Shown here piece after piece: positions 57,392 to 64,000 of a stretch of 64,000 nucleotides of DNA. This DNA comes from the human T2T-CHM13v2.0 reference genome, Homo sapiens. Every line of letters begins with the position of its first letter. Position 1 is the stretch's first letter. The stretch lies in NCBI RefSeq assembly GCF_009914755.1, contig NC_060926.1; one strand, written 5' to 3'. The notes below the pieces were generated by a model. The model saw nothing but the letters and a program-made list of their open reading frames with translations. It was not told the origin of the DNA and searched no databases. The position numbers and the translations under genes were made by a program.

Positions 57392-59700
57392 TAAAAGTTG
57401 AAAATGTTTTTAAAAAGTGTTAAGTTTCAATACTTTCCTATACTTCATATTCTTATCTAAAAGGCAAGAATGATATAATTTCTGCTCCCAACAAATTCAT
57501 GAGATTACAGTGATAAATTAATGTATGGCAATAAATATGCTTCAGAAATCAATGTGAAACCATTTTCAATGTTGAGTGCCGATACTTTATAACTTAGTAG
57601 TATGATAAAATATAAACTAAATGGATATTTAACTGAACCATGGGATGAATGCATTCAGGGAATCATAGTAAGTTGTACTTGACAAGACAACAGCCAGAAG
57701 CCTGAATACAGTTCAATATTCTTAATTCAATCTGGGTTCAAAAGCAAAGAGGAGAAGAACGTGGAGCCAGTATCTCCTACAGTGGAAAGGCAGCTGTTGA
57801 GCATATGATCTTGGTGCCAGACACCTTCCCTGGCCTCCATTAAGGCTAGGAACATACATAAAGGAATGACACATTCTCTACTTGAGGGTGCAAGCTCTGT
57901 GCCTTGGATGCTGGTATTCATACTTCACAAATAATGTGAATATGACATGAATTTACTGACTCCTGCTATGTCCTATTGGTGTGTAATAATGGTTATGCTA
58001 ATAAAAAAACTAGTAAGGTAGTGGCCCTTTCTAATAAAAATTAGTAAAGTCCTTTTTTAAAAAAAATCATGGTTGTATACTCACATTGGGACTAATCAAG
58101 GAAACAACCTGACCCACGGAGAACAAAGAAAAGCACAACAGGACGATGGCCCACCCGGAAGCAACACAGAGCCAGGGAAGCAGTGAATGAATGTGTGACC
58201 CCAGGGAACCACGATTCTCCTACAGATCTTTGCAACCCTCAGGTCAAGAGATCTCTATGTGAACCCACTCCACCGGGGCCTTCAGTCTGACAGACAGAGC
58301 TACCTGGAGTCTCTGTAGAACAGTCCCTAAGGCACACGTAGAGACCATGGAGCCTTAGATACTTGGGCTTTCTGGCAAAAGTAGCTGCGGCTCCAGCAAA
58401 GTGGGAGGTTAGACATTGGAACATACCCCTAGGAAAGAGGCTGAATCCAAGGGACTGAGCAAAAACAGCCTGCAAGTCCCACTTCCACAGCACCTCAAAA
58501 GATAAGACCCACTGGCTTGGAATTCCAGCCAGCCCCTGGTAGTAGCATTGCACCTCCCTGAGAAGGCGCTCCTGGTGGGAGGGGCAGGCCACAATCTTTG
58601 CTATTTGGGTGCCTTAGCTGCTCCAGTCAGGCTTTGGAGAGTCCAAGCTGACCAGGGATGGAAAGGATCCCCAGCACAGCACAGCTGCTCTACCAAAACG
58701 TGGCCAGGGTGCTTTTTTAAGCAGTTTCCCAATCCTGTTCCTCCTCACTTGGCAGGACCTCCCAACTAGGGTCTCCATCCACCTCCTACAGGTGTCTTTG
58801 GGCTGGCAACAGCACCGTATGTCCCTGGGATGAAGCTCCCAGAGGGAAAGGCAGGCTGCCATCTTTGTTGTTTTGCAGCCTTCCCTGGTGATACCTCCAG
58901 GTACTGGAAAATCCGAAGTGACAAGGGACGGGAGCAGGCCCCCAGAATACTGCAGCAGCCCTATAGAAAAGTGGCCAAACTGTTATATGTGGTTGCCCAT
59001 TCCCATATCTCCTCACTGGGCAGGTCCTCCAGGTCTGAGCCTCCAGTCATCCCCTGCCAGAGCTATTGAGCCAGTAGCAAGTCAGCAACTCCCTGAACAG
59101 AGCCTTCAGGGGCAACTGAAAGCCTCTCTGCCACTGCCTCTACAGTGGAACCGCCCTTGCCACCCTCAGACTAACAAAGGGGCAAAGACCCTAAATGCCT
59201 TATCCACACCTCTTACAAGCTGCAGTAGACCCAAAGAGAGGCCAGTCCGTCTCCCACCAATCCCACACATCCCCAAGTGCTTGTCACCAGACAAGGAACC
59301 CCTGGCTTGGGCCCACAGCACAGACCTTCCATCCTGGGCTGATTGCACTGAGTGATTGCTGACCTGCATCTCTCTGGAGAAGAGCCTCCAGGAGACAAGC
59401 ATACAACACTTGGCCATAACCACTATGAGGTCCCTTCCTCTGCTGCCTCCAAGTTGGGGAAGGAACATAAACACTGAGATCTCTCCAGAGCTTAAGTAGG
59501 CACCCCAGGAGTGCCAAGTCATGATCTACAGCCAGCACTCAAGGGGGAAAGGAACCCACACATTCAGAGCACTAATAGGGAAAATGGCTGCAACTGTGAG
59601 CAAACATAGGGGAGTCACAATCATTAAGCAAGAGTCTACCAACTGACCAATAAGTCTAAGTGCCACCAGCTGGATCACACCCCAAAGCTTCAACATTAAA

Positions 59701-59833
59701 AATACATATACACATACACCCACACCCCCACACACATATATGTGTGTGTATATATATGTGTGTGTGTGTACGTATATGTGTGTGTATGTATGTATATATG
59801 TATGTGTGTGTGTGTGTGTGTGTATATGTATAT
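59701..59833. repeat. Compound (CA)n/(TA)n/(TG)n microsatellite
   Basis: Directly visible alternating purine-pyrimidine tract. Confidence 0.95.
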
Positions 59834-60589
59834 AAAACCTAACAGGTCTGACAGAGCTGAATAACACAATACAAGAATTTCACAATGCAATCACAAATAT
59901 TAACAGCAGAATAAAACAAGCTTAGGAAAGAATCTCAGAACTTGAAGATCGATTATCTGAAATGACAGTCAGACAAAAATAAAAAGAATAAAATGGAATG
60001 AACAAAAACTTGGAGAAGTATGGGATTATGTAAAGAGGCCAAATATATGAATCACTGACATCCCTGAAAGGGAGGGGGAGAAAGCAAACATGTGGAAAAC
60101 ATATTTCAGGATATGGTGCATGAAAACTTCCCCATCCTTGCTAGAGGGGCCAACAGTCAAACTCAGGAAATACAGAGAACTCCTCCAACATTCCACACAA
60201 GAAGAACATCCACAAGACACATAATCATCAGATTTTCCAAGGTCAAAATGAAGGAAAAAAATGTTAAAGACAGCTAAAGAGAAAGGGCAGGTCATCTTCA
60301 AAGCAAACCCCATCAGGCTAAGAGTGGACCTCTCAGCTGAAACCTTACAGGCCAGAAGAGATTGGGCACCTATATTCAACATTCTTAAAGAAAAAAATCT
60401 TCAAACAAGAATTGAAATTCTTGTTTGCGCCAAGCTAAGCTTCAAAAGTGAATGAGAAATAAGATCCTTTTCAGATAGGCAAATGTTGAGGTAGTTCATT
60501 ACCACCAGGCCTGCCTTACAAGAGATCTTGAAAGGAGCATTAAATATAGAAAGAAAAGGCTGCTACCAGCTAATATAAAAACACACTTA

Positions 60590-61107
<518 letters not shown>

Positions 61108-63564
61108 TCAAGAGACCCAACTCACAGGTAATAACACTCATAGGCTCAAAATAAAGGGATAGAGGAAAATCTACCAAACAAATAGATAACAGAAAGAAGC
61201 AGGGGTTGCAATCCTAATTTCAGACAAAACAGATTTCAAACCAACAATGATCAAAAAAGACAAAGAAGGACATTACATAATGGTAAAGGATTCAATTCCA
61301 CAAGAAGACCTAACTATCCTCAATATATATGACCCCAACACAGGAGCCTTCAGATTCATATAGCAAGCTCTTAGAATACTTACAAAGAGAAATAGACTCC
61401 CACACAATAATAGTGGGACACTTCAACACTCCACTAACAGTATTAGACAGATCATCAAGGCAGAAAATTAACAAAGATATTCAGGACCTGAACTCAGCAT
61501 TGAACCAAATGGATGTGATAGACCTTTAAAGAACTCTCCACCCCAAAACAACAGAATATACATTCTTTTCATTGCCATGTGGCACATATTCTAAAATCAA
61601 CCACATAATTGAACATAATCCTCAAAAAATGTAAAAAAACTGAAAGCATACCAAACACACTCCTGGACCACAGCACAATAAAAATAGAAGTCAAAATTAT
61701 GAATATCGCTCAAAACCATGCAATTACATGGAAATTAAAAAATATGCTCCTGAATGACTTTTGGATAAACAATGAAATTAAGGCAGAAATCCAGAAGTTC
61801 TTTGAAAATAATAAGAACAAAGATACAGCATAACAGAATCTCTGGGACATAGCTAAGGCAGTGTTAGGAAGGAATTTCATAGCACTAAATGTCCACACTG
61901 AAAGGCAACCCTAAGCAAAAAGAACAAAGCTAGAGACATCATGTTATCCTACTTCAAAGTATACTACAGGGCTATAGTAACTAAAACAGCGTGCTACTGG
62001 TATAAAAACAGACACATAGGCCAGTGAAACAGAAGAGAGAGACCAGAAATAAGGCCACACATCCACAACCATCTAACCTTCAACAAAGGACAAATATAAG
62101 CAATGGGGAAGAGAGTATCTATTCAATAAATGGTGCTGGGATAACTGGCTAGCCATATGCAGAAGATTGAAGCTGGAGGTCTTCTTTACATCATACAAAA
62201 ATCAACTCAAGATGGATTAAAGACTTAAATGTAAAACCTAAAACTATAAAAACCATGGAAGACAACCTAGGCAATACCATTCTAGACATAAGAACAGGCA
62301 AAGATTTCATGACAAAGACACCAAAAGCAACTGCAACAAAAGCAAAAATTGACAAGTAGGATCTAATTAAACTTAAGAGCCTCTGTACAGCTAAAGAAAC
62401 CAACAGAGTAAACAGACAACTTACACAATAGGAGAAAATATTTGCAAACTATGCATCTGACAAAGGTCTAACATCCAGCATCTATAAGGAACTTAAATTT
62501 ACAAGAGAAAAACAACTCCATTAAAAAGTGGGCAAAGGACATGAACAGACACTCCTCAAAAGAAGACATACATGCAGCCAAGAAGCATATGAAAAAAAGC
62601 TCAGTATCACTGATTAGAGAAATGGAAATCAAAAGCACAATGAGATACCATCTCACAGTCAGAATGGCTATTATTAAAAAGTCAAGAAACAACAGATGCT
62701 GGCAAGGTTGCGGAGAAAAGAGAATGCTTATACACTGGGGGCGGGAGTGTTAATTTAGTCAACCACTGTGGAAAGCAGTTTGGCGATTCCTCCAAGAGCT
62801 AAAAGGAGAACTACCATTTGACCCAGCAATCTCATTACTGGGTATATACTCAGAGGAATATAAGTCATTCTACCATAAAGACACATGCATGCAAATGTTC
62901 ATTGCAGCACTATTCATAGCAGCAAAGACATAGAATCAACCTAAATGCCAATCAGTTACAGACTGGATAAAGAAAATGTGGTACATATACACCATGGAAT
63001 ACTATGCAGCCATAAAAAAGAACGAGGTCATGTCTTTTGCAGTGACATGGATGGAGCTGGAGGCTATTATCCTTAGCAAACTAACATAGTAACAGAAAAT
63101 CAAATACTGCATGTTCTCACTTATAAGTGGGAGCTAAATGATACAAACATATGAACTGGGGTCTACTTGAGGGTGGAGGTGGGAGGAAGGAGAGGAGTAG
63201 AAAAGCTAATTATTCAGTACTAGGCTTAATACCTGGGTAATGAAATAATCTGTAAAACAACCATCATGACACATGTTTATGTATGTAACAAACCTTCACA
63301 TGTATCTCTGAACCTAAAAGTTTTTTAAAAAAGAAAAAAAAATCATGGTTGTATTTGCATTCTTATAATATTTCAGTCCTGTTACTATATTCCTGTTTTT
63401 TTTTTAACTAGCACTCACAGCTTTTATTTACAGAACACCTTACAGATTTAAAAATGTTTTCTAGTAATTGTCTTATTGGATACAACACTCCAGAAATACA
63501 GGAGATTCAGATGATTTGATTTCCCAGTATATAGATAAGTAGCTTGTCAAAGATCTCTTACTCT

Positions 63565-63840
63565 TTGGTAGAGACAGGGTCTTGCTCTGTTACCCAAGTT
63601 GCAGTGCAGGTGCAGTCACAGCTCACTGCAGCCTCATACTCAAGCAACCCTCCCACCTCAGCCTCATGAGCAGCTGGGACTACAGGTGTGCACCATCACA
63701 CCTGGCTAATTATTTTATTTTTTGTAGAGATGGGGTCTCACTTTGTTGCATCAGCTGGTCTTGAACTAGTTGCCTCAAGCAATCTTCCCACCTAGGCTTC
63801 CAAAGTTCTGGGATTACAGGTGTGAGCCACCAGGATGGCC
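63565..63840 (-). mobile_element. AluJ, essentially tailless
   Basis: agagacagggtcttgctctgttaccca...gggattacaggtgtgagccacca. Confidence 0.85.
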
Positions 63841-64000
63841 TCCAATGCTCTCTTAACTCTACCACTAACGGTCAGCATAGATGCAATTTAAAGGAAGTCA
63901 AATTCTTTTCCACTATCACAGATTATAACTCATTTTTTAAATCCCCAAAATTTCTATACAGACTACCCAGTCTCACTGCCCATTAGTCCCATAAATACTT

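Noticed and set aside
58239-59538. Cluster of overlapping 60-160-aa ORFs suggesting a GC-rich gene
   Set aside because: Lies wholly in the GC-rich 5'UTR of the L1 at 58079-63334, where stop-poor frames are expected.

Overview
Primate (human-like) genomic DNA. Almost the whole window is intron of the ciliopathy/planar-cell-polarity gene WDPCP (fritz, BBS15), transcribed on the minus strand. The only host coding sequence I can support is one 64-bp internal exon at 18306-18369, encoding (R)YQRFEKAFLLAVDVGARDLFM, which is too short for the ORF track. The rest is dense, nested transposon debris: old L1M elements; L1PB/L1PA elements, several with both ends and a TSD but large internal deletions; about 20 Alu/FLAM/FRAM copies; a class III (ERVL-type) provirus remnant carrying a gamma-type env; a MER61-type provirus; a two-LTR HERV9/LTR12 provirus (27084-33759); four solo LTRs within about 3.1 kb; MIR/L2; and hAT-type DNA transposons. 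No intact retroviral or L1 gene remains, and nearly all ORF-track entries are repeat-derived. I found no convincing new biological system. The best leads are an open ORF0-like frame with antisense-promoter donor pointing into downstream WDPCP exons, several template-switch/templated-insertion scars, and a head-to-head LTR pair. Repeat subfamily names come from recalled consensus sequences and should be confirmed with RepeatMasker/Dfam; boundaries without a stated TSD are approximate.
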